Assembly (NCBI RefSeq): GCF_963921235.1
Contig: NC_086097.1
Location: 131,194,001 to 131,258,000 of the forward strand
Source of the DNA: Mobula hypostoma
Taxonomy: Eukaryota
DNA: 64,000 bases
Reading direction: 5' to 3'
The translations under genes were made by a program, and so were the position numbers. Below, piece by piece: positions 39,826 to 52,800 of this stretch (position 1 is the stretch's first letter; each line of letters starts with the position of its first letter). The notes beneath the pieces are model-generated. The model did no database searches. It was not told the origin of the DNA and saw only the letters and a program-made list of their open reading frames with translations.

Positions 39826-40384
39826 TTATCACCCAATTTACATCCAAGTACTGTTTTAAAAATGAAAAGATCATGGTTTAGTCAAATCTAGACATCGTTA
39901 TTTGATGAGTTCTGAATCATTAAAGATCTGAAAATGACAGAGCATATCAAATAACAGGAATTGTGCTGTTTTAACTCACGTATTACAGCAGAAATTTGAG
40001 AACAGTTTAGGCAAAGTGCTGGACGAAAGGGGTTAAATTTTGCAGATGAGCGAAGCAGACAGGGTTGGAGCATAGGAATGGGTCATCAGTGAAGAGAGAG
40101 CTTATGCAGTGATGAGGAGGCTGCAGGCTTGGGGTGGAGAATTGCCAGCTAGCTTATGTTTCTTATACTCTCTTAAATCTTGAACCACAAGGTGTAAAAG
40201 AGCCTTGCAAGATAACCTGTTCTCACTTGGGCTTTATAGGGGGAAGAATCATTAAGGAGCAAAGACATGTTCAACATGAAAAAGGAACTTAAGGAGCTCC
40301 CTGGCTTTAGCAATGGAGGGAATGTGAGATCCTCACCTGAGGTAAGTGGAGATAATGAGGATCAGGATACCGACAAATAGGAAA

Positions 40385-40705
40385 AACACTAACACGAGGA
40401 GTTTGCAGGTGCTGGAAATCCAGAGTAACAGACACAAAATGTTGGAGGAACACAACAAGTCAGACAGCATCTATGGAAATGAATAGATAATCAATATTTC
40501 AGGCCCAGGCCCTTCTTCCGGACTGAGAAGATGCCGGAATAAAAGGTGCGGGGAGGGGAAGGAAGCTAGCTGGAAGGTGGCAGGTGAAACCGGGTGGGTG
40601 GGAAAGGTCATGGGCTGGAAAAGGAGAGGAGAGTGGATGATAGGAGAAAGGAAAGGAGAAGGGGTCCCAGGGGGAAGAAACAGGCAGGTGAGAAGAGGTA
40701 AAAGG
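40385..40705 (-). mobile_element. Penelope-like element terminal region
   Basis: Reverse complement of the 49500-49835 family (gctggaaatccagagtaac...acacaaaatgttggaggaac). Confidence 0.75.
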
Positions 40706-41169
40706 TCACTAAATTCAATGTTGTTAAAGTTAATGGGGTATAGAGATCAAAGGCATAAGCAAACCATAGAATACTGAACAATAAGCACAGCCCTTTGGCC
40801 CACAATGTCTGTGTATAATGGCAAATTAAACAAATCCTCTCTGCCTGCACGTGATCTTTTATCTCTTCATATTTCCAATATAAACGACGCTGAGGAACTA
40901 ACATAAATATTTATTGGTCCATTGTACACAGATGAAATGAAATGTTTTAAATCAGTATTGCAAAAAGCACTAGATGCCTTGTAAACAGAAGACTTTTGAC
41001 CTGAAGAACATCGACACTGGTAAATGAACATACTGGACAGAAGAGTAAGTGAAGAATGCCATCATATGAAGGAGGAACAAAAGTGGGTTAAAGATTAGCT
41101 CCTGGGAGTTCAGTCATCAGTTACAGCAGAGACAGTATCTCATGAGAGGAAGCTGATCAACCATGAACA

Positions 41170-41445
41170 CAAGTGCCATGATAGCATAGTTTGGGGCATT
41201 CTGTAGTTCCGACGCCACTCTATGAGGAGTCTCTGAATGTCCTTCCCTGTGTAATGCGTGGATCTTCTCTGGGTCCTCCAGTTTCTTCCCACAGTCCAAA
41301 GGATAGGTTAATTGGTCATTGTAAATTGTCCCGTGATTTAGGTTAGGGTTAATTGGGTTCGTTGGGGGGGGGTCGTGGCGTGAAGGGCTGAAGGGCCTAT
41401 TCCGTGCTGTATCGTTAAATAAACTAAAATAAAAATCAAATAAAT
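41170..41445 (+). mobile_element. tRNA-derived V-SINE-like element
   Basis: tcttcccacagtccaaagg...ggttaattggtcattgtaaattgtccc...gaagggcctattccgtgctgtat plus an A-rich tail; homologous to 48465-48780. Confidence 0.75.
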
Positions 41446-42014
41446 ACAAGAGCCAGATTCTGACAAAGGGTTTGGAATTGCAGTGCTAGAACCTTCAAGG
41501 TCTGCTTGAAACAGCGGTAAGCTCAACCCTGAAGTTGCCACTAAGAAGGATCTACATTGTTGAACTTGCATTTAATTGGACCTCAATATATTGTTGAAAG
41601 CTAACACTAGATTTCTATTCCCCTTCACCTTCTTCTTCTGCAGTCCCTTAAGAAGAAGGACAACTTGCTTATGCTTTGGGTTCTGTTCATTGTGAGGTGC
41701 TCGATGAAGTCCATATAGGAACTGCAGAGTCTGCCACAGATGTAGCATTGACAACCTGAAGGTGAGTAAGGCCACTTTTAAGAAGACTACAACTTTTCCT
41801 CTGTCCACCAGGTAATCTATTTAGTCTATTCTTTTTACAGAGCTTGGAATAATGTATCGTTTAATGTACTGATCAAAACGTTGGCATGAGATAAGGAACT
41901 ACAAGATACTGCACATACTGGAAGTTGAGAAATAAACAATCTGCTGGAAAACTCAATGGACAATTATTGGGAGGAATTATTGATTAATGTTTGAGGTAGA
42001 AAACCTTCACTTAT

Positions 42015-42405
42015 GTCTTGAGTTATAGGGAGAGGCTTGACAGGTTGGGATTATTTTCCCATGAGCATAGGAGGTTGAAGGGTATCCTATTAGAAGTATG
42101 TAAAATCATGAAGGGAGTAGATAAGGTGGATGATAATGGTCTTTTACCCAGGACAGGGGAGTCAAAAACTAAAAGGCATGGACTTAAGAGGGAAAAGATT
42201 TAAGGGGGTCCTGATGGACAACCTTTTCACACAGAGGGTGATGGAATGAGCTGCCAGTGGATGTGGTAGAGCCAGAGACATATGCTATGTTTAAAAGACA
42301 TTTGGATAGGTACATGGATAGGAAAGGTTTAAATAAATAGGACAATCTGGTCAACATGAACAAGTTGGGAAAGAGAACCTAGTTCCATGCTGTATAACTC
42401 TATGA
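42015..42405 (+). mobile_element. CR1-clade LINE 3' fragment
   Basis: ORF 42018..42203 (SYRERLDRLGLFSHEHRRLKG) followed by a tgctgtataactctatgac tail. Confidence 0.85.
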
Positions 42406-43364
42406 CAAGATAAGGTTAGTTTTGATGGAGTAAGCATCTTCACTATATTTTATTGGTGGTCAATTACTAACAGAGTTGGTGTGGTTATAACTACCCGTCA
42501 CAGTGGCTATGCTGGTGATCTTTACCAGGCTTTATCTAGAGAAGAGTTTGAGGAAATAGGTGCAGCTTCTGTTTTGGAATTGCTGGCAATTATATCCTGA
42601 TGACAAAGCAAAAAGATGGAGAGGAAGATACCAAAACTCTCCAAGAAGCAGCTTCAGCAAGGACCGATGAGTAGCCAACACCAAGGACCAGGGAGACGTA
42701 GAGCTGATATCCTACTCAAAAAACCAAGCTGTAGGATAGCAAAGTGCAACGACAGACCTGACAGTAAGGGATCAGTTATTTGGTTTTGAATTATACTTTA
42801 TATAATATTCAAAATATAATATAAAATATAATTCAAAGCCAAATTACATTATTGTGGCTGACTGATTTTATTAACTTATTTATGGTAACAGTTTGTTTCT
42901 TGTGTTGTGTGTGATATTTGTTTTGTGGGTGCACCATGGTCAGCAGGAATGTTGTCTCATTTGATAATGTACTGTCCGATGGCAATAAACTTATACATGG
43001 TCACTGGTACCAATGTCAATAACTGTATTCCATACAACTGGGCAAAAGTGGTGAAGAATCCTTAAAGACTATTGCCAGACTTTGAATTATGCAGCCAAGC
43101 ATGGTGCAGAGTGATTTGTACAGTATTCTTAGGTTTTCTGAAAGAAAGTAGTCTAAAAATTCAGAAATATTTTAAGGTGTAGAGCCATATTGAAAGATAA
43201 TTTCTATTTATATAATGCCCTTTTTGTGGAGATACCATCAACTTCAATGCACCTATTCTTCAAACGGGGAGAAGATCAGTGGCCTGTCTTCATTGACCTA
43301 AATCTCACATGTTACATAGAGATATATCCCAGATTATCTGTTGTAAATGAGGAACTGTTCAGGA

Positions 43365-44414
43365 TGCTATGTTTTGTAATTCCAAAACTAATCAAAAGAA
43401 AAACACGGGGGCCTGGGAAAACGTGCCTACTTTGTTTCACTTTAGTGAGGCACGCACAAAAGTGACATGGTGGCGTAGTGAGATGTGCCATTCGTGCACT
43501 TCTACATATAATTCATAATAAATTATTTAAACAAAGAATACTTAATCAAACAACATACTTAGAATATTTCTCAAATATTACTGAAATATTAAATAAACTA
43601 TACTCCTCTCTGCTTAGCTATAAACTTTAACTCAATATAGAATGCATCTCAACTCAAATATGTAATGCATTGCTCTCTAGTCATTATTTATATCCCATTA
43701 TCCTGAAAGGAAATATAAACACACGCACGCAGGCGCGCGTACTTACACACACACACACCGTGTACACAGTATATTATATAATACATATAATACTATGAAA
43801 ACGTCCACAGCATAGTAAATTTTAAATGTCCTATTCAGACCTAAAGATTTAATCACTGAAGAGGATTTCTTACTCTGTGGGATAACACCTTTTCTGACAA
43901 GGGAGGGTGGTGGTGGTGGTGGGGGGAGGGGGTGTCACTCTGCTTGCTCAGTTGAGGCTTGTGGCTGTGAAATAATTTTAGGTTTTGGGGTCTCCTCTGT
44001 TGCAGGAGTCGACTCTGGGACTGCAGGAAATTGCTTCTGACAGCTCTGGAGACCTTGCAATCGACTCTTGCTTTCCTCAACTGATCAATGCGCTATCTCC
44101 ACAGTGTAGGAGAGTGGTCCAGTTCTATCCTTAATCGTTCCAAATTGCCTATTTTTGATCACCCCTGTAGCCCCTGTCCAGGAGTGAAACATTCAACCTC
44201 CTTGTTTGAGGAGTCCTCAATTTGTCTCAGCTGTTTGTCCTGCATCCTCCTCAGACTAGGTTTGAGGAGATCCAAGCATGAACGTAATGGACGACCCAGG
44301 AACACTGAGTTACATATAACTCATAATGAACAATTTAAACAAGCAAAAAATGCTTAATCAAACAATATATTTACAATATTATTCATATGTTACTGAAATA
44401 GTCAATACACAACA
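43365..44414 (-). mobile_element. Internally deleted Gypsy-type LTR retrotransposon
   Basis: Direct repeats at about 43502-43600 and 44312-44414, TG/CA ends, and 5-bp flanks cagga/caggt. A PPT-like purine tract lies at about 43601-43617 on the minus strand. Integrase C-terminal remnants are FLGRPLRSCLDLLKPSL and RTGPLSY. Confidence 0.8.
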
Positions 44415-44964
44415 CAGGTTATTGAGAGAGCTCTACTTCCCTTCAAGATAATGGATTTGGAGATCCTATCTCCACTTGAGAGAGTAAATAGGGAACTCAG
44501 TTTAACATCCAGTTCGATACAGGGAATCTCTGGTAATGAAGCAACACTGCATTGAGGAGTCACATATCCATGATTCTGTATTGGGGGAAAGTTGCTGGAA
44601 GCTGGCCATTCTAGTCCAATTTGGGTAACTAATAGATTGCAGGGCTACTTTAGAGAGAAATGGGGTTTGCAAAAGCAAAACAATTGCTGGAAATGAGCAC
44701 TAAATCTGGCATTGTTTTCAGGAGCGACTGTATTGGATATGACGAGATTAAATGGTGCTTTCAAACACCTGAAAGGTTCTGCGGCTAATAGCACACTTGG
44801 GTCTCTGTCCTTCTCCACTCAATTGTCCCAACATTGTATCAGTGGCCGTAACAATCTGGCAAGTTCTAAACTTTAAAATTGTCTCCATAAACTCTCCTTC
44901 TCCCCTTCCTTCCATCAAACAGTTGTTGAAACTTATCTTGTTCACTGTAACTCAAGCAAAGTCG

Positions 44965-45605
44965 TAGAGCTTACACAGCCTAGAAACAGGTAATTTGGCC
45001 CAACTGGTCTGTGTTGACTAAGTTGCTGAACTGAGTTAGTCCCATTTGACTGTGCTTGGCTTACATCCAACAAACCTTTCCTATCAATGTACCTGTCCAA
45101 TCCCCTTTTGAGTGTAAACTGTGTCCACCTCTACCACTTCCTCTGGCAGCCCATCACATATATCCATTATCCTTTGTATAGATATCCCAGGAAAGAATAT
45201 CATTAAACTGGAGAGGCTTACATAGATGGTACTCAGTCTGAAGGCCTTGGGTTATAAGGAAAGGCTGGATAGCTGGAAGTTGAGGGGTGATATTAGCTTC
45301 AGTGAAAAAAGGTCCCCCCTTCAGGTCCTCTTTAAATCTTTCCCCTCTCACTTTAAATTTATGCCCTCCAGATTCGGACTCCCCAACCCCAGGGAAAAGA
45401 ATTTGGCTATTGTCATTTTATCAACCTTTCTAAGATCACCCCTCAGCTTCCTACACTCCAGAGAAGAAAGTCTCAGCCTATCCAGCCTCTCCTTATAATC
45501 CAAGGCCTTCAGCCCCAGTAACATTCTTGTAAATCTTTTTTGCAATGTTTCCAGTTTAATGATACCTTTTGCATCGCAGGGTGATGACAAATGTACGCAG
45601 TTCTC
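44965..45605 (-). mobile_element. CR1-clade LINE 3' fragment with an internal inverted segment
   Basis: ORF 45348..45590 (LETLQKRFTRMLLGLKALDYKERLDRLRLSSLECRKLRGDL). About 45187-45295 is an inverted copy of part of this region. Confidence 0.85.
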
Positions 45606-46944
45606 ATTGAAAGAGGCAGGAGGGGTCTCAGTGTTGAGGATTTTATGGCCATTAGGATTATCTCCTCATCAATGCGCACTGATTGCTGCTCTTCATGAGT
45701 CAGATAAGCATGACCTGGAGGATGCCTTAGAGCATCCCTGGAACATCTACAGCACCAAACTGGTATAACGTGAGGAGTCGCTAATGTCAGTGAGCTTTGG
45801 CTAGCACAGTCGCATAGTAGCTACTGCATTGCTTTACACCACCAGTCATCACTGCTCACGATTCAATTCCCGCTTCTGCCTATAAAAGAGATAGCAGGTT
45901 TTCCCCGTGACCGCGTGGGTTTCCTCCCACAGTCTAAAATACAGTTTGGGTTGGTGACTTGTGGGCATGTTTTGTTGGTGATGGAAGCGTAGCTACACTT
46001 GTGGGCTGCCCAGCACAATCGTTGCTGATTTGTTTTGATGCAAGTGACACATTTCACAATGTACTTGTGACAATAAAGCTAACCTTTAATCTTTACCTTT
46101 ATGAGTTCAGCATGCCTACTTGTTTGAATGGGGGATTAGCAGATGACTGCATTTCCTAGCGTACAGTACGGTTCAAACTACTGAGCTGGGAAAACATAAA
46201 TATGAATGGATCTCACTATAAGAGGCCAAATTAAAAGTATCAGTGCCCTGTGACTCTAGTGCGATGCCAGCTCTCCTTGTTAATTTTGCTGCAGATTTGG
46301 GGGTAGGTAGGGAAATGGAAAAAGTCCACCTCCTTTGCTGAGGCCTTCGACAAGATGACAAGATCACTGAGAGAGTTGTTTTCAGGACCAGAGACCCAGA
46401 AGCAGAGGGCTATTCTCATTCCTCCTGTCACTGCATTCATCCTCCAATGGTCCATCCTTCCAGCTTCCACTTGTATGGATATCACAACAAGCTCTAATCC
46501 AAATCTTGAAGGGAGATTAATATTTCCACAAGACAGAATGATTTGTAAAATGTTCATAATGTTTTAGCATTAATTTATCATTTTTCTGTAAACTGGAAGT
46601 TCATTTTATACTTATTTATGATGAAGTGATGGCATTGGGAAAAAAGATTGCTCTTTCAGCGATGACAGCAGACAACCAACATAAAGAATTAGTATTATAT
46701 TGAGCCTGGGCTACTTGATCGATAAAGGACTTTATATGCTTCAGCTATAGATAGATCAGAAGGACAATCACAGGACTCTATCCCAAGTTCTCAAACCAAT
46801 GGAAGCTAACACTTTCAGAGTTCAAAGTACATATCTGCCACTTCCAGTCATGATGGCACCTGCATACAGTGCTCCTTTGGTTGACATCTTCTGAATAGAT
46901 CAAGAAACCATATATTCCATTTTTTTATATGTCTTTTACATTTG

Positions 46945-47785
46945 ATTTTTGTCTTGGATGTAACTCTAGAAATGTTGGAGCCTGCGATTTGCTGTTTGGA
47001 GTTTGTTTGGGTGTTCCAGCGCTCTACAGTCTCCGGGTGGATTCTGGAAGGCAGAGGCAGTGTGTGCAATCATCATGACGGGCAGGTTGTGGGATGGAGT
47101 GGGAGCCGATGTTCGACTCCATTTCACCAATTAAAGTGATGGGGGAGATTGAAACATCCAGGCGAATGCGGATGCTTGGAGGTCATCTGCAGTCTCTGAG
47201 AGGATTGCGGGAGACAGAGGCGGCATGCGCAAACCTTGTGGCGGTAAGTCTAAGGGATGGGGTGCAAGCGAAAGCTTGACTCTATTTTGCCAATTAAAGT
47301 GACGAGGGAATGTGGAAGGTGAGCGCCAGCTACCTGTCTTTTGATCACTCTGCTACCAGAGAGGTGAGAACCTGCTGCTGTGCATGGAAAATGGTACCCA
47401 GGTTTTCTGCGTTTTGGATATGGACTTGGACTATAGACTTTTTCCAGCATTTTAATATTCTGTGTTTTTTGCCCGATCTTTCTCGTTTTTGTTTTGTGTG
47501 GGGAGGGGGAGTTGGGGGCCGATGTGCCTGTTCTGTTTTGTTCATTTTTTTTTATGTAGGAGGGATTAGGGGATTGATATGCCTGCTCCATTTTGTTCGT
47601 TCTTTTGTACAGGGAGGGGGGGATTTGGGGGTGGATATGCCTGTTCCATTTTGTTAATTCTTTTGTACTGGGAGGGGAGATTTGGGGGTTGATCATGCTG
47701 CCTTCCAGTTTTCGTTCTTGGTTTCATGGCTACCCAGAGAAGAATTTCAGAGTTGTGTACTTTGATAATAGATGAACCTTTGATA
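46945..47785 (+). mobile_element. Non-coding retroelement-like repeat with internal ~56-bp G-rich minisatellite
   Basis: About 3.5 copies of ggagggggatttgggggttgatatgcctgttccattttgtt lie at 47500-47700. It ends in a Rex1-like tail, ctttgataatagatgaacctttga. Confidence 0.55.
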
Positions 47786-47789
47786 TACT

Positions 47790-48150
47790 ACCTTAAAGTC
47801 ATTTTCTTGCAGGGATTTAGAGGACAATAAAGAAATGCAATAGAGTTTATGAAAAAATATAAATAATAACAAAAAATAATAAATGACCAATGTGCAAAAG
47901 AAGACAACCCTAAATAAAAAATAAATAAGTGAATAAATAATACTGAGAATATGAGTTGTACAGCCCTTGAAAATGAGTCTATAGGTTGCGGAGTCAGTTC
48001 AGCGTTGAGATGAGTGAAATTATGCACACTGGTTCAGGAACCTGATGGATGTTGGGGGATAACTGTTCCTGAACCTGGTGGTGAGGAACCTAAGGCTCCT
48101 GTACCTCTTGCTTGATGGTAATAGCAAGAAGAGAGTCTGGCCTGGATGGA
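47790..48150 (-). mobile_element. Rex1/Babar LINE 3' fragment
   Basis: HPGQTLFLLLPSSKRYRSLRFLTTRFRNSY within ORF 48020..48472; homologous to 35100-35500. Confidence 0.8.
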
Positions 48151-48464
48151 TACTTCCATTGGACAAAAATAGAAAGTGCTGAAAGTTTGCAATAGAAGGC
48201 GAGTTTGTGCATTTAAAACTCAGGTCATGATCTCTGATTGAAATTATGTTTATTTTAAATTTATAAATGGAAGAAGGGCTTTGTCTGATGGTTTTATCTG
48301 CTATGTTCGTCTGAGCCCTTGACTGGAAGTCAATTAGACCTGAGTTCTGGAATAGCTGATAGCTAGTTTTCTGAGGTGAAATAGCAGCTGTTTCATTCAC
48401 TGAGAGGTGCAGGGGAAACTGCTTCGAACTAAAGCATTCGGGTCCACAACAGATACTAAGAAAG

Positions 48465-48780
48465 GGCACCACGGTAGCACAATGGTCAGCGTGCTGTTAT
48501 TATAGTACGGGGCATTCCAGAGTTCAGAGGTCAATTCCAGCACCATTCTGTTAGGAGCCTCAGTCAGTCCTCCCTGTGGAATGCAAGGGTTTTCTCCAGA
48601 TCTTCCTGCTTCCTCCTACAGTCTAAAGACGTACCGGGTAGGTTAGCTGGTCATTATAAATTGTCCCACGATTATGTTCAGGTTAATTCGGTTTCTTGGG
48701 GGTTGCTGGGGTGGTGTGGCTCAACGAGCCAGAAGGGCCTACTCCGCATTGTATTGCTAAAAGTAAACAAATAAAATAAA
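48465..48780 (+). mobile_element. tRNA-derived V-SINE-like element
   Basis: gggcaccacggtagcacaatggtcagc head, gtcaattccagc, and a gaagggcctactccgcattgtat tail. Confidence 0.75.
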
Positions 48781-49269
48781 CACTTAGGCATTCACCAGAG
48801 AAATTCAGAGCTAGGCTTCTTACATGCAGCGAGATTCATCTTAAATGCAGCAAGGTTCACGGGCTGCGAAGCACATGCAACTCTAACACTTGAATTCACA
48901 TAGAGAAAGAACACTCTCAACATGAGAGGAGCCAGTCAGATAAAATCAGAGATTTGGCTCCAGCATTGTTGGAAGGAGGTTTTAAACAAGATTTTGAAAA
49001 TGGGCAGAGATGCAGCAAAATGAAAAGGTTTAGAGAAGTCTGAATTCCACTGTGTGTAGACCAGTGTTCAAGTGGCAAGAGCATAAAGCTCAAACAAGAT
49101 TTAAGATGGGGGGTTTGAAAATGAGGGCAAAGACCCTTAATTCAAAGAATCAAGTAATTAAGGACCACTGAAGGTTTACATTAAATTATATAATAATAGC
49201 ATCCTGCTGATGGACATAATGTGGGATTGAAACTCAAGTCAGGACTGATCAAGACTTCAGTGCTATTCA

Positions 49270-49835
49270 TCATAATGATCTACACTGGGGCTTGGGAACT
49301 GGGGACATGGAGAGCAAACAAAGCCAACCACGCATCTGTCCTGCCTGGGACCTTGCCTTCACTGCCATCTTGTTCCACCTGGCTTCCAGTGCCATTTTCA
49401 GTAACCTCCAACCCGATGGCATGAACATCCATTTCTCCTTTTGGTAAGTTGTCTTTTCTCTTTCTTTTCTTTCTTCTTCCCCATTCCCTTTTCTTCTACT
49501 CCCCAATATGGCCTCTTACATGCCTATCACCTCCCCCAATGCCCCTCATTTTTCTCTTTTTCCCATGGCCCACTCTCCTCTCTTATCAGATTCCTTCTTC
49601 TCCAACCCCTTACCTTCCCCACCCAACTGGCTTCACCTATCACCTAATAGCTAGTCCACCTCCCCCCTCCAACCTTTTTATTCTGGTGTTTTCCCCCTTC
49701 CTTTCCAGTCCTGAAGAATAGACTTGGCCTGAAACGTCAACTGTACTCTTTTCCATAGATGTTGCCTGGCCTGCTGAGTTCCTCCAGCATTGTGTGTGTT
49801 GCTCTGGATTTTCAGCATCTGCTGAATCTCTTATG
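49270..49835 (+). mobile_element. Penelope-like element 3' end (GIY-YIG C-terminal remnant + terminal repeat)
   Basis: ctccaacccgatggcatgaacatc encodes LQPDGMN, an LxPxGLN-type end. It is followed by a pyrimidine-rich UTR and a CTGAAGA...GAAACGTC motif. Confidence 0.75.
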
Positions 49836-52800
49836 TTATATTTCAGCTTTATATATAACACAAGGGGCATTTAAGAACATTGTCTCATTCTCAACTAGCA
49901 TTGGACCAAGCCTTAGCTAATGAATTAAGCAGAGCCAAGACTGTGTGCTGTGAACTCAGTATGGAGATTGGAAGGAGGCTTGTTGAACAGAAGAGAAGTA
50001 TTTAAATATCTTTACATTTATCTGAAGAAACTGAAAGAAATTGTTGTATAAATTAAAGAAAATGGAATTCAACTGAAACAGTTTCTGCCAAACCAAAAAC
50101 ATCCAAAAATGTACAAAACCCGTAGAACATTACTATTTTAGGATTGTTATTTCAAATATTGACATTAATGGAACTACTTTCCAAGCAGAAACAAACATAA
50201 AAAACCATAGCTGTGCAATTCAGATCCACCAATTTGGAGATTTCAATGTGGCAACTGTGTTCATGTCATAATATATCCTTTTATTTTAATATTCAAGAAG
50301 ATTCAGAATCACTATTATCTACACACTGAAGCCCATGTGTGAAGATAAACCACTCTGTCACCTTTCTTCGTGTGGGGGCAGGAGTGGGGTGTCAATGTAT
50401 GCAGAGCAATGGATGCAGAGCCAGTGAGACTGAAGCAAAGTGATACTGATGGTACGAGTAGAGTCTGCCAAGTGAGACAGACAACACAATCCATACAGTT
50501 ATTCCAAGGGTGTTCTAATCCTTCTTTATTGCAACAAAGATTAAGGAGCATGCTTTATTATAATAGGGAAAGGGGCCACATTTTAAAGATCAAAGAGAAA
50601 GCAGAAAAGGAAGACAGAATTTAAAAGAAAAGTGGTATCACTTATCACCAATACATAAATACAATTTATATGCTGTAAAATGACTTTAGAATTTCAAGAG
50701 ACCCAATTTCATGTATCCATTACAATGCTGCTGATGCATGAACAGCCTGGCATAAACTGTATCAGGCAGCCTAGCGCTGAGTGAAAGGGGCTAATGGCAT
50801 ATTAGCAACCCTTTCTAGAAAGCATCCTTTAAAAAAAAACTCTATCCACGGATCAAAATAATTTCTGTTATTACTGGTGGAGACAAAAACCTTCAGGACA
50901 AATAGATTGTTTTTTTTAATCTGTTACTGCTTCACACTGCCGCAAGTCACAGAAGCTAAATAGCAAGAATCCCCAAATCGCTGGTTTGGGTAATAGTGAA
51001 CAACATTACAAGCACAAAAAAAGGGAAAACAGATGGAATTTGAATTAACTATTCAGCTGGTCACAGACGTAAATTCCCAACTCTACCTCTATTTACTTTT
51101 AAGTAGTAGTTCAATTTTTGTCCTTAATTTGCAGTTGTTCTGTGTTTAACTACACAATGTTAATCTTACACATGTTCTGTTCACACTGTTCATATGGTAC
51201 TGCAAAATGTCATAAACAAAACTCTCAGTGCTGATTTGATAACAACAGTGCGCTAGAGTGATTCAAATCAAACCCTTGTAAACAGCCTAATTCAAATCCC
51301 TTGCTGACATCCACCCCTGGTACAATATAAGAGTAAACCTTGACATGAATGTGATACAGTCTGCAGTAGCTCCTGCCATGGTGCCATTTAAGTGGAGTAC
51401 CATTACTGAATTTATCTCTTGTCAATAGATCCGTACAAGATTCAATCAGCAATCTAAATACAAAATATGATTTCAAATAATATACCACCTGCTCATTTGG
51501 TACAGAACATTGAACCTTGAAATAAGCGCACAATATTAAAGGTTCTATATTGTGATCCACTCCAGGGTGCTTACGATAAAGTGATATCCCCCTACATCTC
51601 AAACGACATTGTTTTAAATCTATAGTCATTTTCCTGAATAGATAATTTGGTGTCAATTGCTATGTTTGATAATATTCCCAGAAATCACATTGGATCTTTC
51701 TTCCAATATGTTAAAAGTTCTGTTTAAATGGGAACTATTGTTGTTAACATCTACCAATAAAAGAATGACTATTTCAAGAAATACATAGAATTTGAGGCAA
51801 AATTTGTTAGTATTTTCATTATATTGTTGTGCCTCACCTTTATACCGACAATAAATTGTTTAAATTTATCTTCAGTTTCTCATATGTTCTATTTGGTAGA
51901 AAATAGAGTGATATTTTGATTTAAGCTTTTTGTTAAATTTGTTTTCTATAGAAAGGTCCTCTATAATGCATTGTTTTTATAAAGGAAAAAAAGCAATTAA
52001 TTTTTGGTAGTGCTATATTTTTACCTATAAAATAGTAATTTAGTTTGGTATTAATTTCAATATTATTATGTTATTTTTTTCTAATGAAAGAAGGCTGTAA
52101 ACTGTGCATTCTTAAAAAGACAGATAGGTCAGGATACAGTAAATTTTGCATTGGTAAGGCCAATTTGGGCAAAGTTTGGTGGAATTCCAAAGCAGCTGGC
52201 AACTGACTATAAACAACTATCGAAAGTAAAGTTTTTCCTAAAATGTAACGTATCTGAAATATGTCTTCAGATCTACATTTTCAAACAGTCTCCTGGTAGG
52301 AATATTTGTGTAAATTACGTATTGCACCTGTGAATTCCACAATAAAGTGCACAAGAATGGCAGACTGAGTTAGAAGACATGTTGCTTTAAAAAATTTACT
52401 GATACTCGTTAGGAGTATTAGTAATTTACTTGAATCTTGCAAATAATTAAGGTAACCAGTAAATACTGACAAATAACAAGCAAATTATTTAAATCACTGC
52501 TGAATCTGTTTTCAAACGATGACTTATCCTGTACTGTACCAGAACATTGAGTGTAAGTAGGTCCATTGACAGACTTAATTTGCAAGCTCTTCAAATCAAT
52601 CTGTGCATCTTGAATTTCCTGGCATAATAAAGATAGTTACCTATCATTGGTTACCGAAACCCATGAGCAATATTACAATGGGACTATTGAAATTCATCTT
52701 TGCATTGGCAGTTCTTAATGCAAAATTTCCACCTATACTTTAGAGTCAACAGATCATTTCTGGATATTTCTCCCAAGGAGTACTGTTCTAAAAAAAAGTT

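Noticed and set aside
47495..47705. CRISPR-like repeat array
   Set aside because: The context is eukaryotic and the units are diverged tandem repeats without unique spacers or cas genes.
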